Assembly: GCA_001823545.1 (NCBI GenBank)
Contig: MHUV01000003.1
Coordinates: 86,398-150,397, forward strand
Origin: Candidatus Yonathbacteria bacterium RIFCSPLOWO2_01_FULL_43_27
GTDB lineage: Bacteria; Patescibacteriota; Minisyncoccia; Phycocordibacterales; UBA1550
Length of the DNA stretch: 64,000 nt
Direction of reading: 5' to 3'
Under the pieces are notes generated by a model, which was given only the letters and a program-made list of their open reading frames with translations, was not told the DNA's origin and did no database searches. How positions within the stretch are numbered: the stretch's first letter is position 1; each line of letters starts with the position of its first letter. A program made the translations under genes and the position numbers. Shown here piece by piece: positions 9,666 to 17,282 of this stretch.

Positions 9666-10088
9666 TTACACCTGTGAAGGAAGGAGCTCTTTGCGCGTAA
9701 AGTAATACATTACCAATCCTCCCGCAACCACGTGCATCAGCATTAAATTCGCGATGACCACGTATGTCCATCCCACCATATCTGCTTCTGGAATCCATGG
9801 TATTAAAATATCGGGGACCATTGAAAGGACGAGCACGGCCCAAGAAATAATCAAGAAATGCTTATTTGCTTTCACCGCATCTGCGTATTTCAAACGCATA
9901 ACATAGTAGACCACCGCTGCTGCAAAGACACCAGCAACGGTAAGCCCAATTACCGGACCGTACATATATGGTCCAAACGTATCAGGTGTACTAGACGCGA
10001 TGCGACCAAGAATGGCGAGGATAACATTACCAATAATTGATAAAACAGTGACCTTTGCCACAATATTAATAAATTTTTGTTTGTTCAT
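9666..10088 (-). CDS. Hypothetical integral membrane protein (about 4 TM helices)
   Basis: 140-aa highly hydrophobic ORF followed by a terminator. Confidence 0.5.
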   Translation of the reverse strand: MNKQKFINIVAKVTVLSIIGNVILAILGRIASSTPDTFGPYMYGPVIGLTVAGVFAAAVVYYVMRLKYADAVKANKHFLIISWAVLVLSMVPDILIPWIPEADMVGWTYVVIANLMLMHVVAGGLVMYYFTRKELLPSQV

Positions 10089-10129
10089 ACGGTAAAGTAT
10101 ATCACCTAATATATTCAGAAAACAACACC

Positions 10130-11374
10130 CTACAAAAACAGGAGATCGCGATCGAGGTCGTCGGCATCAGTCCCCTTTCCTTTGTGTTTGAGCGCTTGTT
10201 GCGTCGAAGCGAGATATACGACACGCTTGCCAAATTTGTCCTCGAGCGCATCAATCTGCTTGTACACCTGATCAAGCTTCTGTGCGGTACGTGTACCACC
10301 AAACAGGTCTTCCTGAAACGTGTAGTTCGTCATGAGGTCTTGTAGGACTACGCCTGCCGTACGATAGAGTATTTTTCGCATATGAAGATCATCAAAAAGT
10401 GGGCGCACCGCCGAAAGTACTATCTCTGGTGAATGTGAAGGCACCGCAAGCGTCACTGACCGTGCGATAATTTTTAAATTTTGCATCTTGAGAAAGATGG
10501 AAACTTTTTTAGGAACTTGTTCGTAGTACCGCGCCTTTTTGCACGCATCCTCGATGTGCTTGGAAAGTTGAGACCACAGAAAGACTTTGTCATTGGTCGG
10601 TGGATGAAAGGTGCGTGTTTTTTGAATTGACGAGTACGAAGTCTTTACTTCAGTATCAACGACAAGCACCGACTCACCACTCAGTTCCTGCCAAATAACA
10701 CTATAAGGTTTTGAGAGATTTTGATTCACCCACGCTTCCCCCTTCATACAAAAATCTTTTGCCGTAAAGACACCTCTCTGCACGAGGAACTCAGAAGTTT
10801 TCGGTCCAATTCCCCAGACCTTTTTAATCGGCGTCGAGGAAAGAAAGTCAGCAACAGTCTCCAGTGTGATTTCTGTTAATCCATTTGGTTTGACCCAATT
10901 CGACGCAACCTTGGCGAGAACTTTTGTTGGCGCAAGCCCTACGGACACTGAAATACCCAGTTCTTCATAAATTTCTTTTTTAATGCGTCGAGCAATTTCC
11001 TGATAACTCATTTTGAGCGTACGGTCGAGTCCCGTAAAATCTGCAAAACATTCATCGATACTGTACTCTTCAACACCATACGCATATCTATTCACAATTT
11101 TAAACATCATCTCTGAATAGTGCACATACGCCTTGTAGTCACCGGGCAATATGCGCACGTGGGGAAAATCTTGCTTCACTTTAAAAATCGGCATCCCACG
11201 TATGATACCGAGCGCCTTTGCCTCATACGATAATGCTGAAACAATACCACGCTCTTCACCCGTCACCACAGGAAGACCCTTAAGGGATGGGTCTTTTGCC
11301 ATTTCTACACCTACAAAAAACGCATCTCCGTCGATATGAAAAATAACTTTTGAGGGTATGGTGTGACTGCGCAT
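10130..11374 (-). CDS. dinB: DNA polymerase IV (Y-family translesion polymerase)
   Basis: N-terminus VIFHIDGDAFFVGVEMAKDP matches the HIDMDAFFASVE-type catalytic motif of the ImpB/MucB/DinB family. A -10-like TATAAT and GAGGG RBS precede the ATG. Confidence 0.85.
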   Translation of the reverse strand: MRSHTIPSKVIFHIDGDAFFVGVEMAKDPSLKGLPVVTGEERGIVSALSYEAKALGIIRGMPIFKVKQDFPHVRILPGDYKAYVHYSEMMFKIVNRYAYGVEEYSIDECFADFTGLDRTLKMSYQEIARRIKKEIYEELGISVSVGLAPTKVLAKVASNWVKPNGLTEITLETVADFLSSTPIKKVWGIGPKTSEFLVQRGVFTAKDFCMKGEAWVNQNLSKPYSVIWQELSGESVLVVDTEVKTSYSSIQKTRTFHPPTNDKVFLWSQLSKHIEDACKKARYYEQVPKKVSIFLKMQNLKIIARSVTLAVPSHSPEIVLSAVRPLFDDLHMRKILYRTAGVVLQDLMTNYTFQEDLFGGTRTAQKLDQVYKQIDALEDKFGKRVVYLASTQQALKHKGKGTDADDLDRDLLFL

Positions 11375-11478
11375 ACCCTCATTATATATTAAAAAAATAA
11401 CCCCCAGCCACTTGCGTGACCAGGGGTGCTACATTGAGGTTTATTTTGCGAACAAAACATGGCCTCGGGCCGGTAGCG

Positions 11479-11664
11479 TTAGCCCTTCTTCGAAATGAAT
11501 CCATCCTTCAGGTCGCTCCATTGCTTGCGCGTGAGCTGAACCATTCCGCCGAAGTCATCCTTGAGGACGACTTTCTCGGGGTTCGTGAAGTCGACGGTGG
11601 GGCAACACGTCTCGTCGCCACACGCCAACGTAACGACACCCTCTTCCTTAAACTTCTCTGACAT
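11479..11664 (-). CDS. Small Cys-containing hypothetical protein (61 aa from MSEKF)
   Basis: A strong SD (AAGGAGG) lies 8 nt upstream of the ATG at 11664. The protein contains ACGDETCCPTVD. A consensus promoter plus operator lie upstream and a T-run downstream. Confidence 0.5.
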   Translation of the reverse strand: MSEKFKEEGVVTLACGDETCCPTVDFTNPEKVVLKDDFGGMVQLTRKQWSDLKDGFISKKG

Positions 11665-11690
11665 ACCAATCACCTCCTTTCTGTATAAAG

Positions 11691-11704
11691 ATCTGAATTC
11701 AGAT
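11691..11704. promoter_or_regulatory. Perfect 14-bp palindrome ATCTGAATTCAGAT (candidate operator) with a third ATTCAG half-site 10 nt upstream
   Basis: The palindrome lies between the consensus promoter and the SD of the 61-aa ORF. The minus-strand sense reads AGATTCAGG-N9-ATCTGAATTCAGAT. Confidence 0.45.
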
Positions 11705-11726
11705 AATAAAACCTGAATCTACATAC

Positions 11727-11755
11727 ATTATATCATATGATACTTATTTTGTCAA
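11727..11755 (-). promoter_or_regulatory. Consensus sigma-70 promoter (TTGACA-17 nt-TATAAT)
   Basis: Minus strand reads TTGACAaaataagtatcatatgaTATAAT, an exact consensus -35, a 17-nt spacer and an exact consensus -10. The -35 overlaps the stop of the 112-aa ORF. Confidence 0.55.
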
Positions 11756-11759
11756 ACAT

Positions 11760-12098
11760 CTATCTCATATAATCTAATGTATAAAGAGCCGACCAATCCT
11801 GACCTGGACCCAGAGGATGACCCGCTGGACGATCGAACAAGTAGAGATCGTCCCCTTTTTTAAGTACCTTTCTTCTACCGGTGAATACCGTGACGGTAAG
11901 GAACGGCGCTTCAGCTTCAGGAATCGAGACAACGTGTACGGGAGGACCATCCTCCTTTTTTCCATATAACACTCTGTCTCGTACATCAAAAAGATCGGTT
12001 CGTTGCACTGAAACCGTAAACCCGTGTTTCTTGAGGATTTGTACTACTTCGTCGAGTGTTTTCCTATTGAGGTTTAACTCCAGTGGCCGTAGACTCAT
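11760..12098 (-). CDS. Hypothetical 112-aa cytoplasmic protein
   Basis: ORF with an SD (AAGGAGGTG) 8 nt upstream of the ATG. There is faint HicA-like resemblance (ILKKHGF...), which is not convincing. Confidence 0.45.
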   Translation of the reverse strand: MSLRPLELNLNRKTLDEVVQILKKHGFTVSVQRTDLFDVRDRVLYGKKEDGPPVHVVSIPEAEAPFLTVTVFTGRRKVLKKGDDLYLFDRPAGHPLGPGQDWSALYTLDYMR

Positions 12099-12228
12099 AC
12101 CAACACCTCCTTCATACCTAATTTGTATTCTAAGAATAACACTACCACCTCAAAAAACTCCTGGCAAGTACCCTTCTGCGCAAGAGAGTCGAAATTTATT
12201 TCAGAAATCACCTATGTATCTTCCGTCG

Positions 12229-12774
12229 TTATTCTTTCGATTTTTTGATCATGGGCACATTATTTCTAGTACATAATTTCTTAAGTATGGCGAGACCTCG
12301 ACATACCTGCACCGCAACAGCGTTCCTTGTTTGCCCGGTAATAAGCGATATTTCTTTAAGCGAGAGATCTTGAACATACCTCATGCGCACCACGTTTCCA
12401 TACTTTACGGGGAGATTTTTTATTAAGAGTAAAATTGCCTTACCATCAAACACATTAGAAATTCGTTCAGAATTATCAAAACTTGGCTCGTACCCTTTTT
12501 CAAGAAGACTATCGAGAGAGGTTGTTTTATGCTTACGATACTCGTCAATAATTCCTTGATTCAAAACATGGTATAAAAACGGCTTCATTAAATTAATCTT
12601 TCCGCCCTTAACAAGATACGCCCACGTTTTCAAAAAAGCATCCTGAACCAGATCCTGACTCTTTGCAGAGTCATGTGTTTTAAAGAATGCATAAGAAGTC
12701 ATGCGTTTTTCATTGTTATGATACGCCACCGTCAATACTTCTTCCTTCTTAATTTTTTGCTTAGAGGTCATCAT
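12229..12774 (-). CDS. ECF-type RNA polymerase sigma factor (sigma-70 regions 2 and 4)
   Basis: DLVQDAFLKTWAYL...FLYHVLNQGIIDEYRK matches region 2. SLKEISLITGQTRNAVAVQVCRGLAILKK matches a region 4 helix-turn-helix. The start is probably MTSKQ at 12774 rather than the upstream in-frame Met. Confidence 0.7.
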   Translation of the reverse strand: MMTSKQKIKKEEVLTVAYHNNEKRMTSYAFFKTHDSAKSQDLVQDAFLKTWAYLVKGGKINLMKPFLYHVLNQGIIDEYRKHKTTSLDSLLEKGYEPSFDNSERISNVFDGKAILLLIKNLPVKYGNVVRMRYVQDLSLKEISLITGQTRNAVAVQVCRGLAILKKLCTRNNVPMIKKSKE

Positions 12775-13002
12775 ATATAAAAAATATAAAAACATGCATG
12801 TTGGATCGACCACAAACGCCCCTCCCATTACATACACATTACACAGAACTTTTCATGACAAGAGATGTCCTTATATATAGAGTAAATACTACTCTCGTTG
12901 AAACCTGCAGTGTTACAGGAATATTACAGAAATACGTCGTCAGTGACGAAACGCTAATAATATAAGCATAGTAAACCCTCTACTTCATGTCAAGCACTTG
13001 TA

Positions 13003-13605
13003 ATGAGACTGCGTTCCCCTCGGCATTCAAGACATATGAAAAATGCTAAGAAAATCATAGAACAAACATCCTCCACAACCGATAAGAATTTCGTTGATTT
13101 TTTTTGGGAAAAGAGTTGGACATATACCAAGACTACCGTTGATGTCAAAAACGAACCGATTTTAGTTCTCGACGAAAACTTTCGTGTCGTGATGGCTAAC
13201 GAATCCTTTTATAAGGTATTTCAGGTTGTACCAAAAGATACTGAGCAAAAAAACATTTTTGAACTAGGAAATGGACAGTGGAATATTCCACTACTTCGAA
13301 AGAACCTCGAGAGTATCCTTCCTCATAACACTTTTTTCAAAGGGTTTGAAGTTACGCGCGAATTTCCCTTAATTGGGCACCGGACAATGATCTTGAATGC
13401 GCGTAAAATCTACATGAAAGAGGGTGTCACCTTACCACCTGTCATACTTCTTGTGATAGAAGATATTACCGAAATGGTGGACGTTGCGAAAATGCTTGCC
13501 CGCCATACCAAGCAATTTGAAGTAACAACAAAAGAGCGTATGAAAAAACTGGAAATCTATATCAAAAAACTAGAAAAAGAAGTGGGTGAGCTCAAAAAAG
13601 CTTAA
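13003..13605 (+). CDS. PAS-domain protein with a C-terminal coiled coil (possible start at 13036)
   Basis: ILVLDENFRVVMANESFYKVFQV...GNGQW has a PAS-fold pattern. The C-terminal KKLEIYIKKLEKEVGELKK is coiled-coil. Confidence 0.55.
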   Translation: MRLRSPRHSRHMKNAKKIIEQTSSTTDKNFVDFFWEKSWTYTKTTVDVKNEPILVLDENFRVVMANESFYKVFQVVPKDTEQKNIFELGNGQWNIPLLRKNLESILPHNTFFKGFEVTREFPLIGHRTMILNARKIYMKEGVTLPPVILLVIEDITEMVDVAKMLARHTKQFEVTTKERMKKLEIYIKKLEKEVGELKKA

Positions 13606-13761
13606 AAACTGCAGGAAAAAAGAGACTCAGAATTGCCACTGTAATGAATTATTGCTCAGGACGGCTTCATGGTGAGAGATTACACGAACAATAAAAGGTC
13701 GATCATGTAAAGCACGTTATTAAATTTTTAATTATCAACCAATTTAATCTAAAAAAATTAT

Positions 13762-14460
13762 ATGAGAACATTAAAACTACAAAGAAACATGCAGCGCGCT
13801 GACATCCTCACAGGTGGGGCAATCATCGCGATGCTTGCTTTCTCGTTTTTCGGGATTCAAAGTGCATATGCAGCAATAACTAACCAATTGGATTTTGGTG
13901 ATCGCGGTGAAGACGTTACTGAACTTCAAACGTACTTTTCAACTACCCCCGTCATCTACCCAGAACGTCTTGTTACAGGATATTTTGGTCCGCTTACCCA
14001 AGCAGCAGTGCGAAGATACCAGACAGCACATGGAATTGTCTCTCAGGGAACACCTGTATCTACTGGCTATGGTCGTGTAGGGCCACGAACAATGGCATCC
14101 ATTAATGCACAATTAATAGGAAGGGACGAGAGCGCTCCTCTTATTTCAAGCATTAATGTTAGTACAGGAAGTACCAGCGCTTCAGTAGGCTGGATGACCA
14201 GCGAAGGGGCACGTGGTAAAGTCTACTATGACACTTCCCCTATTCGTGTAAGTAACATATTCGATGTAAACGGAGTATTCTCAGGTGAACCAACAGTAAG
14301 CGGTATTTTGGCTCAATATGATGGAGTTGAGAGATCAGCACAGGCAGTAAATATTACTGGCCTTTCACCAAATACAACATACTACTACTTGATTGTGGTG
14401 CTTGATTCCTCAAACAATGTAAGTGTATCGTTACCTGCATCGTTTCGTACGAATCAGTAA
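13762..14460 (+). CDS. Secreted protein with a peptidoglycan-binding-like domain and a fibronectin-III/purple-acid-phosphatase-N-like domain
   Basis: Signal peptide (AIIAMLAFSFFGIQSAYA). The PG_binding_1-like segment is GDRGEDVTELQTYF...GYFGPLTQAAVRRYQTAHGI. The C-terminal VNITGLSPNTTYYYLIVVLDSSNN is an FN3-like strand pattern. Confidence 0.55.
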   Translation: MRTLKLQRNMQRADILTGGAIIAMLAFSFFGIQSAYAAITNQLDFGDRGEDVTELQTYFSTTPVIYPERLVTGYFGPLTQAAVRRYQTAHGIVSQGTPVSTGYGRVGPRTMASINAQLIGRDESAPLISSINVSTGSTSASVGWMTSEGARGKVYYDTSPIRVSNIFDVNGVFSGEPTVSGILAQYDGVERSAQAVNITGLSPNTTYYYLIVVLDSSNNVSVSLPASFRTNQ

Positions 14461-14493
14461 CCATTCGTCAATGATGTAATGTTGGTAAATAGA

Positions 14494-14530
14494 TAAAAAA
14501 AATCAGTGCCTATTAGGTACTGATTTTTTA
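14494..14530. terminator. Bidirectional rho-independent terminator
   Basis: aaaaaaa-aatcagtgcc-tatta-ggtactgatt-tttttt hairpin between convergent genes. Confidence 0.6.
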
Positions 14531-14581
14531 TTATGAAAAAACGAGTACCTAAGGCACTTTCACAAATAATTTTAGAGAATA

Positions 14582-14980
14582 TTACCCAACAATCTGCGTG
14601 CAATAAGCACAACGCTTCGCTTCGAGAGGTATTTCACTTAAACATTCCTTACATTTCTTTGTGGTTGGATCTGCTGGCGGCCCTTTGCGAGATTTTGAAA
14701 TAAGCATATTCATTGGCTTTACCACAAAAAAGAACACGGCTCCCGCAATAAAAACAAACGATATGATGGCATTAATGAAATGACCATACTTAAACTGACT
14801 ACCGTTTAGGGTAAACGAGAGTCCACTAAAATCGGGGACTTTAGCAATGGCTGCGATAAACGGAGTAAGAAAATCAGTCACCAAGGCGGTAACAATTGAT
14901 CCAAACGCAGCACCCACGACAACACCGACTGCCAGATCAACCACGTTCCCTCGTAGTAAAAATTGCTTAAATTCTTTCAT
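14582..14980 (-). CDS. mscL: Large-conductance mechanosensitive channel MscL with a C-terminal Cys4 zinc-ribbon-like tail
   Basis: MKEFKQFLLRGNVVDLAVGVVVGAAFGSIV is the MscL TM1 signature. The C-terminus KKCKECLSEIPLEAKRCAYCTQ has CxxC-x10-CxxC. Confidence 0.85.
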   Translation of the reverse strand: MKEFKQFLLRGNVVDLAVGVVVGAAFGSIVTALVTDFLTPFIAAIAKVPDFSGLSFTLNGSQFKYGHFINAIISFVFIAGAVFFFVVKPMNMLISKSRKGPPADPTTKKCKECLSEIPLEAKRCAYCTQIVG

Positions 14981-15146
14981 AAATAGATAGGAGTAAATAA
15001 TAATTAAATTATAACACAAGGACACCTATCGACTACTCGTAAACACCGCTGATACTTCGTCACAGCAGAAACAAAACATTTATATGACCTGACCAGAGTT
15101 AATAAAGTTTTAAGCGACATTGAAACCTCTTTGATCAATGATCGTG

Positions 15147-15752
15147 CTAATTCAAGTTAAATACATGAGATTCTTCCGCCGGAGAATCCTCTGATAAAAG
15201 AAGCAAGTCGCAATTACCAAAATGAAACTGTGTGAGTACGGTCTCCCATTTCAAATTATAGTATTTTGAGTAGATCATTTTCCCAATATCCCCATGACAC
15301 ACAAGCAATACATTCCCCGAGGCGTGTTTATTATTTATTTTTTCTAGAAGTAATTCTGCCCTTTTCAAGAGATCAGGAAAAGTTTCAGCGCCATCGGGAT
15401 TTAGGAAATACGTAGTATGATCTGTTTTTATAATATTTGGAGCACACATGATTTCAATTTCAGAAACTTTCTTTCCTGTCATTACACCGAAATCACGCTC
15501 AATAAGTAGTTCTTCTTTTTGTAAAACTGATGCGTTGATTGTTCCAGATATTATTTTTGCAGTCTGGTATGCACGAGAAAGAGGCGAGCTATAGACAGCA
15601 TCGAAAATTAAATTAGCCTCATTAATTTTATTCGCAATCTCGTGTGCTTGAATAACTCCTTTTTCAGTAAGTGGCTCGTCTCGATGACCATTTAAAATAC
15701 CGTTTTGATTATCCAAATTTTGCCCATGTCGTGCGAGGTATATTTTTAACAT
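15147..15752 (-). CDS. Histidine phosphatase superfamily protein (phosphoglycerate-mutase-like)
   Basis: N-terminal LARHGQNLDNQ has the RHG catalytic motif. It is about 200 aa. Confidence 0.75.
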   Translation of the reverse strand: MLKIYLARHGQNLDNQNGILNGHRDEPLTEKGVIQAHEIANKINEANLIFDAVYSSPLSRAYQTAKIISGTINASVLQKEELLIERDFGVMTGKKVSEIEIMCAPNIIKTDHTTYFLNPDGAETFPDLLKRAELLLEKINNKHASGNVLLVCHGDIGKMIYSKYYNLKWETVLTQFHFGNCDLLLLSEDSPAEESHVFNLN

Positions 15753-15772
15753 TTTTCTACTATATCAGTTTT

Positions 15773-15793
15773 ATGGGGAAAAGATACCTGACC
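15773..15793. repeat. 21-bp direct repeat, copy A (atggggaaaagatacctgacc)
   Basis: Matches 20 of 21 nt with copy B at 17149..17169. It lies 20 nt upstream of the phosphatase start codon. Confidence 0.6.
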
Positions 15794-15826
15794 TTATCTC
15801 CCCAAGGGTCCCAATCGGGGAGAAAT

Positions 15827-17083
15827 TTACTCATCAATATGACTTCCCGCCACATAGCCTGAAGACCAGCAAAGCTGAAGAGAGAAACCCCCTGACGGCC
15901 TGTTAATGTGTAGTAAGTCTCCAGTTACATATAAATTGGAAATTTTCTTTGAGCGCATCGTCTTCATATCAATCTCCTCAAGCACCACTCCGCCATCTGC
16001 AACCACCGCCCTGTCAAGACCCATAAGACCGGTAATAGTGAGGGGAAGCGCTTTGAGTGCGTGGACAATATACTTCCGTTCATCCTTGCTTATAGAATGA
16101 ACTTTTTTTGTGGTATCTAAATTCTCTTCAAGGAGTGGTAATATCCCTTTACTCATACCTATCGGCACAAATTCCTTAACAATATTCTTAAGTGATTTGT
16201 TTTTATCTTTATCAAAAATTGCGATAATATCACGTTCAAGTTCACCAAGATTAGCGTGAGGGTACGTATCTATCGTTGCGGTGACTAACCCACGATGGAG
16301 CAAGTCAGCGACCTTGTGTGCGCTGTTTAATATAAGCGGACCCGAAAGGCCAAAATGGGTGAATAATATTTTCCCGGTCTCACAAAAAGCCTTCTTCCCC
16401 TCAATAAAGAAAGTAATTCTCATAGGTGAAAGCGCTACTCCGGTAAGCTTTTTGCTCCAGCTTTCTTTTACTGAAAGAGGAACGATTGTCGGGTTAGACT
16501 GAAGCACTGTGTGCCCCATATCCCTAAGCCATTTAAGACCATCTCCGGTTGACCCCGTCTCAGGGTGAGAAACACCTCCGGTTGCAAAAATATAGCTATT
16601 AGCACAGTACATGTCTTTACCTGAAGATACTCCAGTAATCCCTCCCTTATCCCAGTGGATTTGCGTGACAGGAGAAGCCGTCTTAATAGTTACCCCGCCA
16701 TCATACGCATATTTATTAAGTATCTTTAAAACATCCTCAGATTTTTCTGTACTTGGAAATGCGCGCTTTCGGTCTTCGACCTTGAGCGGAAGTCCTCTTG
16801 ATTCAAAAAAAGAGAAGGTCTCCTTCACTCCAAACTGAGAAAACAAAGAGTATAAAAACTGTTCGGCTTTGCCGTAAGCTTTAAGTAGTACTCGCTGGTC
16901 AAATTCGGCGTTTGTAATGTTGCAACGTCCACCGCCAGTGATCTTAAGTTTCTCTCCTAGAGACTTGTTCTTCTCAAGTAAGAGCACTCGTTTACCAAGC
17001 TCTCCGGCGCGCCCAGCAGCCATTAGACCAGAGGCGCCACCCCCAACGACAATAAGATCAAATTTTATTTTAGGAGACGACAT
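15827..17083 (-). CDS. FAD-dependent flavoprotein, HI0933/BaiN (aminoacetone-oxidase) family
   Basis: Rossmann dinucleotide motif FDLIVVGGGASGLMAA, then GGGRCNITN. This is typical of the HI0933-like family. Confidence 0.75.
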   Translation of the reverse strand: MSSPKIKFDLIVVGGGASGLMAAGRAGELGKRVLLLEKNKSLGEKLKITGGGRCNITNAEFDQRVLLKAYGKAEQFLYSLFSQFGVKETFSFFESRGLPLKVEDRKRAFPSTEKSEDVLKILNKYAYDGGVTIKTASPVTQIHWDKGGITGVSSGKDMYCANSYIFATGGVSHPETGSTGDGLKWLRDMGHTVLQSNPTIVPLSVKESWSKKLTGVALSPMRITFFIEGKKAFCETGKILFTHFGLSGPLILNSAHKVADLLHRGLVTATIDTYPHANLGELERDIIAIFDKDKNKSLKNIVKEFVPIGMSKGILPLLEENLDTTKKVHSISKDERKYIVHALKALPLTITGLMGLDRAVVADGGVVLEEIDMKTMRSKKISNLYVTGDLLHINRPSGGFSLQLCWSSGYVAGSHIDE

Positions 17084-17124
17084 CTAGAGAAGTGATTTAA
17101 ATACCAAATATGTTTTTCCCAAAA

Positions 17125-17148
17125 CTGGGAGACTGGGAATTGAACCCA
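17125..17148 (-). other. tRNA 3-prime fragment (T-arm plus acceptor 3-prime strand), tRNA-Gln-like; pseudo-tRNA
   Basis: ctgggagactgggaattgaaccca matches 21 of 24 nt with the 3-prime end of the intact tRNA-Gln at 18664..18687. No matching 5-prime acceptor strand lies upstream. Confidence 0.55.
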
Positions 17149-17169
17149 TGGGGAAAAGGTACCTGACCG
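17149..17169. repeat. 21-bp direct repeat, copy B (atggggaaaaggtacctgacc)
   Basis: Immediately abuts the tRNA fragment. It pairs with copy A 1376 bp away. Confidence 0.6.
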
Positions 17170-17282
17170 CTATTAATTTCAAAAATATATTCAACCCCCG
17201 CGTGACCTTTGTATTTATTAATGAGATTCATTTGACTATGATAGACTAAAACACTTTGTAATTTGGTGGCTGAACCGCCAAA

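Noticed and set aside
11760-12098. HicA-type toxin call for the 112-aa ORF, with the 61-aa ORF as antitoxin
   Set aside because: Only a loose resemblance (LKKHGF) exists. The catalytic GSH/His region is absent and the ORF is longer than HicA. The partner has no HicB-like or HTH features. It is reported only as an unassigned small-gene pair.
17100-17200. A second complete tRNA gene
   Set aside because: Only the T-arm and the acceptor 3-prime strand are present. There is no complementary 5-prime acceptor strand, D-arm or anticodon arm upstream. I called it a tRNA fragment instead.
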